From: Pseudogymnoascus verrucosus | Lineage: Eukaryota | Reading direction: 5' to 3' (one strand) | DNA length: 64,000 bases | Assembly (NCBI GenBank): GCA_001662655.1 | Contig: KV460229.1 | Part shown: one piece after another, positions 26,501 through 39,341 of the stretch | Layout of the letters: each line of letters starts with the position of its first letter | How positions within the stretch are numbered: position 1 is the first letter of the stretch | The notes under the pieces: model-generated | Database searches by the model: none | Told to the model about the DNA's origin: nothing | Seen by the model: only the letters and a program-made list of their open reading frames with translations | Position numbers and translations under genes: made by a program

Positions 26501-29076
26501 TCTTGGTCTATCTGTGAAGGCGATAACTACCTGTTCAAGCTCGCTCAGTTTGCTGGTGTCCTCGAGTTGCCTGAGAAAGCTCCTGCCAGAGCACAGTCTG
26601 CTTGGTATGCCAATGCCATGAAGAAGGTGGCTGAGAATGTGGAGGTCCTGAAATCGAAACCTTCCTCTTTGAAGAAACACATCGACTCCCAGCTTACCGA
26701 AGAGGGCAAATCGGCCACCGATGTGGAGGCTTACGTCCCGTCGAAGCGTCTTAGAGGACAGGCATATCAGGATTACAAGGAGAGACTTCAACTCCAGAAA
26801 ACCCGTCTGGAAACCGCTACCGATCTCTTCGGTCAGGACGCCTTGAAGGTCGATGTGAAAGCAGATAAGAAGCCAGAGACCAAGAAGGAGTTCACGGTCA
26901 AGCCCCGAAAGGACATCTTCGGCCTCACCAAGTTGACAAAGACGAACAATTATAAGGGCATGAGGAGTCCGATTTTCGAGATTTTCAGATTCAGCCGCGT
27001 CGTCGTTGACGAGTATGCCTACGTTGCTGGTGAAGAGAGCTTGACGATTGCCAACCTCAAGGCTGCCGCCAAATGGGTTCTTTCGGGAACTCCCCCACTC
27101 CAAGATTTCCTGGACGTCAAGTGCATGTCGAGGTTCCTTGGCATTAACCTGGGTATCGATGACTTTACCACCGGGGTGATGAATGCTCAGAACATCAAGA
27201 CCATGACGAGAAATATGACATCTGGCGAGGAGTTCCGCACGTTCAACCAGAAGCAGTCTTTTGCTTGGCACGAGAACCGCCACAAGCTTGCGCAGCGCTT
27301 CCTCGACAAGTTTGTCCGCCAGAATATCGCCGATATCGAGGCAATCAACGGCTCTGTGCACATCATGCCGGCTATCCTCCCAGCTGCTGAGCGCGCGATT
27401 TATCTCGAGCTTCAGCAACTTTTGGCTGCTTCTGATTTCAAGATGACGAAGGGGAAGAGAGCCATGGAGAATGACCGTATGAAGCGCATTCGCGAGCTTT
27501 TGGGTCAGAGTGATAGCGTTGGTGAGGCCCTCATGAAGTGCGCATCCCATTTTACACTTGATGAGCTGCACGATGGCCTGAACAATGCTCCCGATGCGTG
27601 CGCTGTCATTGTCGGGATTAGAAACAAGCAACTCGATGACTTGGAGATTGATTTAAACAAGACTCTCAGACAGGCCGAATATCTCCACCTCAGCTGCGAA
27701 GAACCTTGCGACCAATACGTAAGCTTGAAGCGCCAGGTTGAGTCAAACCATTACGGTGACGTTGACGCATGTAATGCGATTTTTATGGCCATGAAGGAGG
27801 CTGCTAGGCGTAGCTCTCACGACGACTGGGAAGAGTTTTATATGACCCAGGAGGAGCGTGACATTGTTCTTGCAGCCGAAGGAAGAGCGAAGCCGGGTTC
27901 AAAGAAAGCCAAACCAACCAAGAAGAGAAAGCGTGCCGATTCTGAGAGCGATGGCATCTCGTCTGCTGATGCACCAGAGGATACCCAAAAGCTGTTGCCC
28001 TTGCTCCCATACGGCCGAAATGGCAATATCGAGTACGCGCACACAGCTCTGAGAGATGTCACGAATGTTCTGCGCAAGATGGTCATCGAGTATGTGAGCA
28101 GGAAGCGCTGCCTGCGCTTTTTCGACTATGTTAGGAATTTGCAGAAGCACTATACCAACCTGAGACTCGGGAATGAGGCTGGTGCAGGCTGCACTTGCTC
28201 GAAGTGTGAGAAGACCGGCCTTTCCCCTGAGGAGATTTCGATTCTGTCGCAGTGTGGCCACACTGCCTGCGACGGCTGTCGCGCGACGCATGAGAAGATG
28301 TTCTATAACAATCTGGCTGCCAAGGAAGAGTGTCTTGTCGTTGGATGCAGTGCGATTAACAAGCAATGGCAGGTCATTAAAGCCCCAGAGCTTGGTGTTG
28401 AAGATGATTCCACGAGAAAGGGTCGGCATTACGGCAAGAAGATTGAAGATATTATCAGCCTTGTCAAGAATATCCCAGATACCGAGCAGGTTCTGTTGTT
28501 TGTTCAGTTCACTGATTTGTTGGACAAGATTGTCGGCGCGTTCAAGGATAAGCGCATCACGTACCTTTCCCTGGATAGGGGAGATCCGGCCAAGACTCTT
28601 ACAAAGTTCCAAACCGAGACAGGCAAGGAGAAGTCCAAGGTTCTTATCCTGAACATTGGAGATGCATCTGCAGCTGGAAGGTAAGAATTCCAACTCCCAT
28701 TTATTAATAGACCCAACTAACCCGCCTCAGCAATCTGACCAACGCCAACCACATCATCTTCGTCTCCCCCTATCTCACCGATAGAGAGCAGACCTACAAG
28801 GCAGCCATGACCCAGGCCGTTGGTCGTGCACGCCGCTATGGGCAGACGAAGGCAGTGCACACTTACCACTTCCTGTCTCTCAAGACCATCGACGTGGACA
28901 CGTTTGAATCTCGCAACCATGTGATCCTCGACCACGAGAACACGACACCGCCCGACTACATGCCCTACTCTGGCTTTGCTAAATCGATGCCCATGGATGT
29001 GACTCCACAGGCCGAGGGTCTTGGTTCGAAATGGGGGTCGACTGTTGTAACGAAGGGGCTTCTGGCCGAAGAATAA
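20578..29076 (+). CDS. DNMT5: DNMT5-type C5-cytosine DNA methyltransferase fused to SNF2 ATPase and RING finger
   Basis: MTase motifs: TMCSGTESP, GFSCVDFS, ILENV, VPHTRQRGY, QDLAGNAM. SNF2 motifs: GGVLADQVGYGKT, VVVDEY, WVLSGTP. RING-like CSKC..CGHTACDGC..CLVVGC. HelicC QAVGRARRYGQ follows intron 28681-28730. The core 21921-29076 is firm; first exon 20578-21031 is inferred from phase-compatible splice sites. Confidence 0.9.
21598..21818 (+). repeat. Degenerate ~32-bp minisatellite, about 7 copies
   Basis: Units such as cactcttttcaacccgacaccttgttccatta, cactcttttcaatccaagaccttggtccatca and cactcttttcattccagcatcttgctccatca. Confidence 0.8.
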
Positions 29077-29439
29077 GGTGGATAGAAGGAGTTATTTTTT
29101 GTTTGGGTATAATATTTTGTTTGATTACGACTGTTTTATGGGAGCGGGGTGTTTGTTGGGGATATATACAGCGGAAGCACCGCATGTCGAAGTTAGTGGG
29201 TTTCGGAGTGTTCAGATTACTGTGCGGAAGGGCGTTGAGCCATGTTTGGGTTCGGGGTTATACTGTGGGATGGAAATGATTCAACATTTGTATGGTGTTC
29301 AAAACTAAGCATAGAGGGTCGGATGGATGGATTATACTTGTATAGAGTAGATACAGATACCAAATGTTACAATAATACCTGTAAACCAGATTTGATTTCT
29401 CGTGACATGCTTCGCTTTTAAAACACTCTTACACAACGC

Positions 29440-29954
29440 TCACAACTTCCCCCTCTCCCCCGCACACAACTTCTCCAAACCCCCCCTCAGCACCGTCCCC
29501 ATCCCATCCCGCGCGGGCCTCCCCGTCTCCCTCTCCACAAAAACATGCACCACCCTCCCCACCGCCTTGATCCCCTCCACGCCCTCCTCCCAAATCCCAA
29601 CCTCGTACGTGACGCTCGTCCGGCCGAGCTTGTGGACGCGCAGCCGCGTCTCCGCGACGGCGGGGAAGGCGAGCGAGGAGAGGAAGTCGGTGTGGGAAGA
29701 GGCGACGAGGCCGTATTGCGCGGAGGTGCGGGGGGATTGTCCGCAGTGCTTGGAGAGGTAGGTGTTGATTACTGAGTCGATGCTGGAGGGGGTTAGCTGG
29801 GGAATGGGAATTGGTACGGGGGGACAAACAGGAAGTTGTAGATTGAGTTGTTGAGGTGGTCGTACATGTCGTTATCGCTCCAGCGGGTGCGGTATGTGAG
29901 GACGTATGGGTAGTCAGAGCGTTTCCGCTCACGGAGGACGGCTGGGGAGTCCAT
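29440..29954 (-). CDS. Hot-dog fold acyl-CoA thioesterase (4HBT/YbgC-like), one intron, absent from the ORF track
   Basis: Spliced translation MDSPAVLRERKRSDYPYVLTYRTRWSDNDMYDHLNNSIY...LRVHKLGRTSVTYEVGIW...VHVFVERETGRP...GKL*. Confidence 0.9.
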
Positions 29955-30453
29955 GGTAGGAACGGTGGAGAGGCCTCAAGATTAGGGGAGTTTATGAGGT
30001 GGCCTCGTGAGAAAAACTTCTGGGAGAGATTTATAGAGCAATGGAGAGTATATTTCAGATATTCTAACTTCCCGCAGCGCATCCGCAACCGCAATGTTTA
30101 TAGAGTTAATCGGAACGGAAATCGCGGCAGCCGAGGTATGACGCTCTGGGCAGAGGCATAACACGCTAAACTTAATACGTCAAATTTATTATTCTGCCCT
30201 CTCCCGCCGCCCGACCGGATTATTTTCCCTCAGCCTTCTGGACAACGAGGGGAAGGCGCCACCAGCAACTCAAGTGCTTTCCTCCACGAACATTCGCATC
30301 CACGACCTCTCTCCACGACTAACACCCCCCCCCACATAAACCCTGTCGCCCTCACCCCGAATCGCTGCGCTCCTCTACGCCCGCAACCCGGTCCTCGCCC
30401 TCGTCCCGGTCCGTCAACAAATCGGCTGGCCGACGCTCGTCGAGAAACGCCCG

Positions 30454-32055
30454 ATGGCCGCCCCGCCGGCAGTGGTGGTGACACCCGCCGACCCATGGCC
30501 GCGGCCTTATGTGTTTGAGGATGGGCTGCGCAGGGTCGCGCCGTACCACTTCACGTATAATACGAACTGCAAGATGAGGTGGAGGGGGAGGGAGTTGTTG
30601 GATATCTTTGAGAGCGAATTTCGCGATCGGCCTGTCGAATATTATGTGAGTTACTTGTCTTCGGGGGGTAGTGGGCAATAGGGAATAGATGAGGAAGGGG
30701 CTAATATGGAACAGAAAAATGCGATAGAAACCGGCATGGTCGTCGTCAACGGCAAACCCGCATCGTTAACCCACGTCGTCAAGAATGGAGACGTTATCTC
30801 GCACACACTTCATCGGCACGAACCCCCCGTTACAGCAGCCCCCATCACGGTCATAAGTGAAGACGAAGACATGATGGTCATCTGCAAGCCGTCCGGCATC
30901 CCCGTCCACCCCGCTGGGCGCTACAACTATAACTCGGTGATCGAGATTCTGGCGGCCTCGCGCCCGGGATGGAAACCCCTACCGTGCAACCGCCTGGATA
31001 GGCTCACTAGCGGTGTCATGTTCATTGGCAAGCATCCGCGTGCCGCCGAGGAGCTGTCAACGCAGATCTCCGGACGCACAGTGCGGAAGGAATATGTAGC
31101 CCGCGTAGCTGGCAAGTTTCCCGACGGAGACGTCGTTTGTGCGATGCCGATCCTCCAGATCTCACCGAAACTGGGCCTGAATCGCGTGCGTGCTAGCGGC
31201 AAGCCAGCACGCACGGTGTTCCGACGACTCGCATACTACGGGCCTGAGGAGGGGGACGAGGAGGCAGGAGCGGAGGAGGGCAAGACAGAGGGTCGGCCGT
31301 GGGTGGGCAAGAAGGGGTACTCTATAGTGCGCTGCCTGCCCATCACGGGCCGCACGCACCAGATCCGCGTGCACCTCCAGTTCCTGGGTCATCCGATCAC
31401 GAACGACCCCATCTACAGCAACCAGCGGGTCTGGGGCGCGTCGCTTGGGGCTGGGGACGCGGATGCGATGCAGGCGGACGAGGATGTTATTACACGGCTC
31501 GCACGGATGGGGAAATCCGAGGTCGCGGACGCGGTGGCCTATCACGACGAGATGGTGGACGATTATAACAAGCGGAAGGCGGAGAAGATGTCGGGAGAGC
31601 TGTGTGAGATCTGCTCGACGCCGCTGTACACGGATCCAGGGGCGCAGGAGATGGGGATTTACCTGCACTCGCTGCGCTATGAGGATAAGGACCTCAAGTG
31701 GAGCTACAGGAGCGAGCTACCTGAGTGGGCGCTGCCGCCGGGCGGGGTGGAGGGGCCGCGGGAAGTGGGTGGGCTAGACGAGGTGGTCGATCTAGGCAGG
31801 CTGAGGGAGCTAGAGGAAGGGGAAGAGGAGGTGGGGGAGGGGGAGCGGAAGGAGGAGCATGAGCGTAAAATGGCGAGGCGGAAGGGCAAGAAGGGGGACC
31901 AGGGTGGCCGGGAGGGCGGAGTTCCGGTTGAGACTGTAACAGTGCCTGTCACGGTGGTTGGCGAAGGCGAAGCGACGAGCGCTCCACCTGCCGCTGCTGC
32001 TGCTGTTGTCGCTGCTGTCGCTTCTGCAACTGCTGCTGCTCCAGTGCTGTTGTAG
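30454..32055 (+). CDS. RluA-family pseudouridine synthase (Pus9 / Rib2 Pus-domain-like)
   Basis: S4-like N-terminus, KPSGIPVHP, catalytic NRLDRLTSG, TGRTHQIRVH, and intron 30646-30714. Confidence 0.9.
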
Positions 32056-35000
32056 TACGAGGGCGTAAGCACGTGACCATTTGAAACTTCATAAACGCCA
32101 CGGAAGAGACCGAGACCGCATGCGCACACACGTGCATGCGAGCTTGCATGGGCAATCACAGCCCAAGGTCGCATATTACACGTACATAACCAGCGTTACG
32201 CGACGGGTTTGTGGGACTGAGGCGCCGGGGGGATTGTGGCACCATCCGTAGATACCTCCGGAGCAGGACTCAGCCATTGAGTAGAGCATATATAGATCAA
32301 GGCACGCAGCTTCCGGCTACCCCGCCATCACACCCCCCCCTTGCTGCATGGTGACGGTCTGTGGTCTCGGCCTGCCCAGCCTCTACTGGACGAAGTACTT
32401 CCCTGCGTAGCGGCGATCTCAGACGCGCACGAGGGGCAGATCGGCGCCGGAGGCCCCGTCCGGACGTTCGTTATCGCGACCTTACTGGATGGGCGTAGGG
32501 GGTCGGGCGAGAGTGACGACGGCGTGCGCTGCAGGGGTTCAGGCGAAAGGCTTGGCCGCGACGCGACGCGGGTGGGTGATGGGGAAGCGCCGGTGAATGG
32601 TTGATGGGCGAGAGGGACGGAGGGAGGTTGGAGCGGCTTACTGGTACTGGATTACTGGATTCTGCAGTGGCGGCCGGGGTTGGAGTGCGGTGTGTGGTTA
32701 TGTGGGTGCGGATGGTGATGTGTTGAGGTGGTTTATGGCCATGTACGTGGCGGTGATGGTGATGGTGATGTATGGCGATGTGTGTGGTCATGATGTGGAT
32801 GGGAATGTGGATGGTGGGCAATATGGTGGAGTATATGCAGGCGCGGCTCGATCTGTATGTGGTGGTGTTGCGAGTTGCTGCGGGAGTGGTACGTGCTGCG
32901 TCGTCGCCTTGGTTTTTGGAGTGGAAATATGGTGGTGTGGATGTGTGGAGGAAGGGGGTAGGGGGGTTTAGGGGGTGGTTGGCCGGTTGAGACATCATAT
33001 TTGGGGATGGTGGAGATAGGATATGGGTACGAGATGGAGGATGGAGAATGGGCTTTCTCTCGATGTGTGCTCAAATGAGATGTGAATTCAGCGTGCTTAC
33101 TATACTTGTGATGCGCGTGCCGTTCTACTTCTTCATCTGCGCCACGGTTTCTTTTTTCCAAGATTCTGATTCCGGGGATACATACTATAGACGGAAGGTG
33201 AGGACGGGGAGATGGCGAGTGGGACTGATAGTACGTAGGATGACACTATTCTGTTGGATCTCTAACACTTGTACCGTACAGAACGGAACAGCGATGTTGG
33301 ATATTTAAGACTCTTTCTGTTGGATATGTGAGTAGTTTAGTTTGTCTCGTCTTATACCCGAGCTATTATACCCGTCATAGCTGAGTATAGTTTGTTGGAC
33401 TGTGGATATAGAAAATAGTAAGCACGCGCATAAACTGCAGACAGTGCAGTAGGAGTAGAATGGAGTAGAATAATGCTAGATAGTTCATGCCAGAAGCTAG
33501 AACCGGTGAGAAGGTGAGGAAGGTGCTAGCGAGGTTGACGACGAGGTTAGGCGTTTATTGTTAGTGGTAAAGGGGGGGGGTGGAGGTGAAAGGGGGGGTG
33601 GAGATGAATGGGGAAAGGACGGGGAATTGATGGGGAACGAACGAGAATTTAAGTACCCGCGACTTGTTATTCTTAGTTTCCGCAGCGCGTGTCCACATAC
33701 AAACTTGGCAACATCGACATGTACAAGCTACAAATATTCCCAGGGTATCCCAAGGATTCCCAAGGATTCCTAAGATCCCTCCTCTGCGCCTGCCGTCTCT
33801 CGTCTCCTAACTACGTAACAATACATAATTACGCTTCTTTACTTTTCTTCCATTGCTCCGGAGTACTGTACTTCGTATTTTATGCAAATTGGGTATGAAT
33901 TATAGAATAATTTCATAATGTGCTGTACTTTCCATGAAAGTGATATTCTCTACTAACAGTTCGCAATAGTACGTAAGTGGACATTCTAAAGATACTAACT
34001 AAATATACTAAAAATTATGAAAATACTCACTAACTCGACGAGCTCAACGTATTCATACTCACTCTCATACTTTTGCTCTCTGTACTCTACTTCCTTTAAC
34101 AGTTCTGACAGTACGCGTACTCCTTTCTTCTAATTGGAGCACGAGTATCTATCTCACTTTGTTCCTTAACTCTGCGTTGCCATTACATCCACAGCCGCAG
34201 ATTCTGCAGATTCTGCAGATTCTGCAAAATTCTGGAGCACCTGCATGTCCTCAGCTCCATTTGCCCTTCTCTTGTCACATTTTTGTATTTTCATCTCTCC
34301 TGTCTCGTAACATTCATATCGATCATATCGATCACATCGATCATATCTCGTGAGCTGCATCATCAGACGACTCTTCCTAACCGTGTCAACATTCTTGCTC
34401 TAGCCGACATTCTTGTTGTAGACTCTTGCCGTGCCAACAATTCTTGGAAAAATGCTGCATCATCTTGCCGCTCACCTTGCCGCTTCGTCACGGTGCTAGT
34501 TGTTGGTGTTGTATTGCTGGTGTTGGTTGTATTGCTGGTTGGATACGGAGGAAGTTCCGTATGTTCATCGGCATCATCCATCCGTCAGTACTACCCTACC
34601 TCGCGCGTGGAAACTCGCCCATCTACCTATTCCTAGACATCCATCGCCACCATCTCCCGACGTCTTTCCGCCGTGATGGTCGTTCAGCTCTCCAGGGCTC
34701 TGTATCAACGTCCTTGGCATGTCTACTGATATATTCTGAGGTATATCTCGATGAATGTCCACCTCCTCGGAGATCTTAATGTATAGTTGTGCACGACCAC
34801 GTTAACACTTCGCCACCTCGCCCATCTTGCCGTCTCTCGCCACTTATTGTGGACATCTATTCCAGCTGCCCGGTACCGGGCATCAGGGCGTTTGCCGACG
34901 ATGCCACTACTGAACATCCACGGCTTCGAGTACCGGCGCCGTACTATATGTACTCCGCGGGGCCGTGGGAAGTCTCCTATCCTGTCCTTGCCCCGGGCTG

Positions 35001-36762
35001 AACTGCCGACAGACGATAGATCATGACCTTCTCCTGTAGGAGTACTAAATAGTACTATCTAGTACATACCGTGGCTCACCGTGGTAATTTCCGTGCTTGC
35101 CACCACCAGGAACCATCAGGAGGCAGCTCGTTCTTTCCTCCAATCTCCACGCTTTACAGGCTCTGTTCTCCCTCATCTTCCCCCCCCCCCCTTTCCCGTC
35201 TAGATCACCATTACCACCAACCAGTAAATCTATCCATCCATCCATCTGTCCACTGATCCTTCCAACCTTCACCTCACCGCTCTCGCTGTCGCTGTCGCTG
35301 TCGCTCTTACTCTCACCGCTCCCATGGTTAGGACTGGCGGCTGACAGCCAACAAACTGACTCAACTGACAACTGTCATTATCTGTTGCATCGACGACAAA
35401 TCTTGGAAGTTCCCATAATAGCAGATACATATACCCCCCAACCACCAACATCAGCGTTTGAGACACCCCGTCCTAGCTTTGTTTTCACCCACAGACACTG
35501 CATAGAGCTTCTGCGGGTCAGGTAACTCTTAGGACTCTGCAAGGTGTGTCAGGCGTGTAAGGCATGCATGCCAATCTTTGATGGATAGATCGACTTCTCC
35601 ATTTTTGCCGCCCGCATTCTGTGCATTCTCCATTCTGCATCTTGCATCACAATCTGCCCATTCTCCCATTTCATTAACCCATTATCCCACTATAATATGC
35701 ATAGGCTAGGCACTAGGTATACGCGCGCATGGGTACATTAGAAACTAGCATGGATGTCTCCTAGTGCCTCCTGCACACATCCTAAATACATCCTACACAC
35801 ATCACTATAGTACACTCATTTACACACGTCCCTATTGAAGCTTCAGTCCCTGTATCACTTTCCTACCGCCTACATCCTAGTAATTCGGCAACAATGGGCA
35901 TGTCGCTCTCTCCCCCCGAACCAACGGTCCAACTACCCTGAACTAGATCTTGATCATTCGGGCTCTGCTTTCCCCCTTCTGCCCTGATTAGGAATTCCAA
36001 ATCTAGCACACGTCGTCGCGTAGGACACAAACGGCCCAAACCACCCCAATAGTGTGTGAAATGAGACAATATATTCAACAAAATTCGACAAGATGCCACG
36101 CATCTCGAACCTCACCCTCTCACCCTGGCCTCGGGCTGCCACCGAGTCTCCCCGAGATTCTCAAGGACATTGGTGGCGTTGGCATGTGGAACTCACCCGC
36201 CAAAATGGTCGACCTAGCATATAACTCCCGCTTTTCGCCTCCCTCTCCCCCCCCCCTCATTCGCGCTTTCCTTCTCCACATCCCTGGTACCAAAGGCTTT
36301 TTGGTCCCCATTTATCAGGATCTAAGGACACTAACGATCGGACTAAGAGGACTAACTAAACAGACTAAAAGGACGCCCTAGTCTCCCTGTCTAGCTGCCG
36401 GTCGAGACTTGCCATCATCATATTTCCAACCAAAGGGTTTGGTTACTTGAATAACAATATACTATCAGATCCAAACTCAGGATTCTTCATTTTCATTATC
36501 ACCATCTCCCTTATATTAGAAACGCAAGATACCAGCGCCAGTTATCATCTTTACCCGCAACTGGCAGTATCAAACTTTCTATACTCTCTACACCGGCTAG
36601 TCTGCCTAGTCCATCTCTTAAATGCGCTACCACAACCCCGAACGGTCGCCACCCTTCAACGTCACTCACGCCACTATTGCGTCCCCGAACTACAACTATC
36701 TCCCTCCTTCCCCCGCACATTCTTTGAACTGCACTGTCGACGACTTGCCCATTAACGACAGA

Positions 36763-38633
36763 ATGACCAATGCGAACACACGGCCTAATGGCCGGCCCTC
36801 GACTGAGAGCGAGGATGAGCACTGGCAAGCGAGAGATCAACCGCGCGGATCTCGGTCTCGGCAACCATCTAATGCCCATACCCAGGTCAGGCATCGCGGT
36901 GAGTAACTTCCCTCATGGCCCAAACCCCACGTCTTGAGCCGTTGAAAAATCACCCACTGACTCACCGTAGCCTCTCGCGCAGGCACCCGCTCAGTCAACC
37001 GCCTCTCCGCTGCCCAGCTCTCGCGCAAGCGTGCTAATGATCGCGAGGCGCAGCGTGCCATCAGGCAGCGCACCAAGGACCAGATTGAGACTTTGCAGCA
37101 ACAGGTGAAGCAGCTTACGGACCCGGAGAAGGAGAGGCGCACATGGAATGTTCACTTGCGCAACCGCCAGCTTGAGGATGAAGTCGCAACTCTGCATGAA
37201 CGCATCAACGCCATGGAGATGAGGAACACAGGCGCCATGGACGCTGGCGCTCCGCTCGGCGACCCCATGGGTGGCCCCAATCGTGACCTGCGCCCCCATG
37301 ACCTTAACATGCAGTGGCCTGGTATGGACATGGCATATGGCGGAGCCCACGGCTTGCCTCCCGGCTTTGACGGCGCAGGCATGGTACTCTCGCGCGCGGA
37401 TACGCCAGCTGGGGTGAGTGATATGGCGACGTACGCGCCGTCTGATGGGCTAATCTCACCCTTTCCCCAGACGGAATCTCCGGCAGCCAGCTTCACGGAT
37501 ATGGACCCCGCATCCAGGATCGACTTTGTCGGTGGTGCTGGCGGCGGCGGCGGCGACAACCTGGGCATTGGGAGCGACCTGGCTTCGCGTCAGTACTTCC
37601 TGCCATTCCAACACCTGCACCAGCCAATGCGCCGGACCTAGACAGACCAGAGAACTGACGAACTGGAACAGCGCAATCATGGACGACGGTCACATCACCT
37701 TTTGACCTCGAGGACGAATCTATCTTCTCCTCGCCGCCCTCGGCATATATGTCTCCCTCCGGCATGCCATTCGCTTTCCAGGGCCAACCTGGCCAGACAG
37801 GACAACAGATGGCGCCGACAAGCGCGCCAAGTAATATTACAAGCAGAACTACTTATAATCTAGGGACCGCCCCCTCGGCTCCACAACAACAGCAGCAACA
37901 GCACGCACAACCACCCCTCCAAAGCCCACAACCACTTCAACCCGCGCCTCCGCAGCAAATGCTCCAACCTACGCCCCAACGGCCACACTCTCATGTCCCC
38001 CTCCGCCCATCACCCCACCAACAACCTCCACCCTGGACTCTCATTCCCCGCCTCCTTACCCCCACAACCCCTCTCGACGCACTCCTCCACCACGCCCTAA
38101 CCGCCCACCGCGCCTGTCTCTCCGCCGCCTCCACTGATCCCCCGAAGCCAATCTACACAGACCTATACCCCTCGCCACCCGCGCACCCACCTCTACCACC
38201 CCTATCTGCCGCACTCACCCGGGCCGTCCACGCTGCCGGATTACGCACACCAGCCACCAGTGCAGCGGTGCTGTCAATCGCGCACTCCGTCGCGAGATGG
38301 ATGGCGCGGCCTACAGAAGGCACGTATGCGGGTGTACCTGCGTGGATGCGTCCCAGTCCCAGCGAACTAGGGGGGCTGCCGGCGTGGGCGGCGATGATGG
38401 TGCCGTTTGCTAGGGTGAGGGAAAGTGCTGCGGCTGGGGGTGAAGGGTTGTTGAGGGACTGGCTTACTGGTGTGGAGTTTGAGTGGGTTGGGGAGGTGTG
38501 GGATGGGAAGGGCGGTGTGGTGGAGGGGTTTGAGAATGCGGTTAAAGATATTGGACGGTGGAAGGTTGGGGGACGGGTGGGGGAGATGCTTAAAGAGAGT
38601 GGTGGGGATGTGAAGCGGGAATTTCTTTTTTAA
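36763..38633 (+). CDS. bZIP transcription factor with DUF3425-like C-terminal domain
   Basis: Basic region RKRANDREAQRAIRQRTKDQIETL follows intron 36899-36970. A second intron lies at ~37589-37671. C-terminal PAWMRPSP...VPFARVRE. An alternative in-frame ATG exists at 36622. Confidence 0.85.
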
Positions 38634-39341
38634 GGGCTAGCGCTATGGGAGCCGGTGTGATTGCGTGTTTGTTTTTGGTGGTTTTGTGCGGTGCACGCGA
38701 GGAAGGACCTGGTTTTATGGGTTTATGGGCGGCTTTGTTTTATGCGATTACGATGAATATGAGGAATGGGATGGGATATCGGGGGCATAAACGGGCCAAC
38801 AAAAGGATACTGGGGGAAATAGGATGGGGGTGTAAAGGGCATACGTACACATACATGGTACAGCATATATAACACGGGCTTTATATCGGGGTTAGCGAAA
38901 GGACGGGGAGGAGGCTATGAGCTTTTATCACATTATATTATTTATTTAATCCTTCTTGAAATCACCCGAAGGAGCATTATAGAATATTGATGGTATTTGG
39001 AATAAACCGGGCCTAGCACTTGATAGATTACTAGACAGGGCTGCGCGCGCTTGGCTGTGTGGCAATGATCTGCGCCGGCTGCATTCTGCTCCATTTTATC
39101 TTAAAAGGGACCGCAGGTGAGACGCGGGAGTTCCATCTTAGTGGATAGAGTCTCGGGTGAGAGATCTCAGATGGTGTGAGAGGCCCCTCTTGACTCTGAT
39201 CTGTATTAAGCTGCGGGTGATCCGTGATCCCCCATCCGTGACGATCGCTCTGGAAATAGATATTATATGTTGGCGGTCTTGCATAATGCGTGCGAGTGGT
39301 CTGGGTATCACTCATCCGTGGAGGGGGGGGGAATATGGCCA

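Noticed and set aside
22658..28693. Long antisense ORFs (461, 397, 264, 234 aa) opposite DNMT5
   Set aside because: Shadow ORFs produced by codon bias of the sense gene, with no protein motifs.
32471..32998. His-rich 175-aa ORF as a metal-binding protein
   Set aside because: All frames are open because of low-complexity CAY/ACC-rich sequence, and no convincing gene structure could be built.
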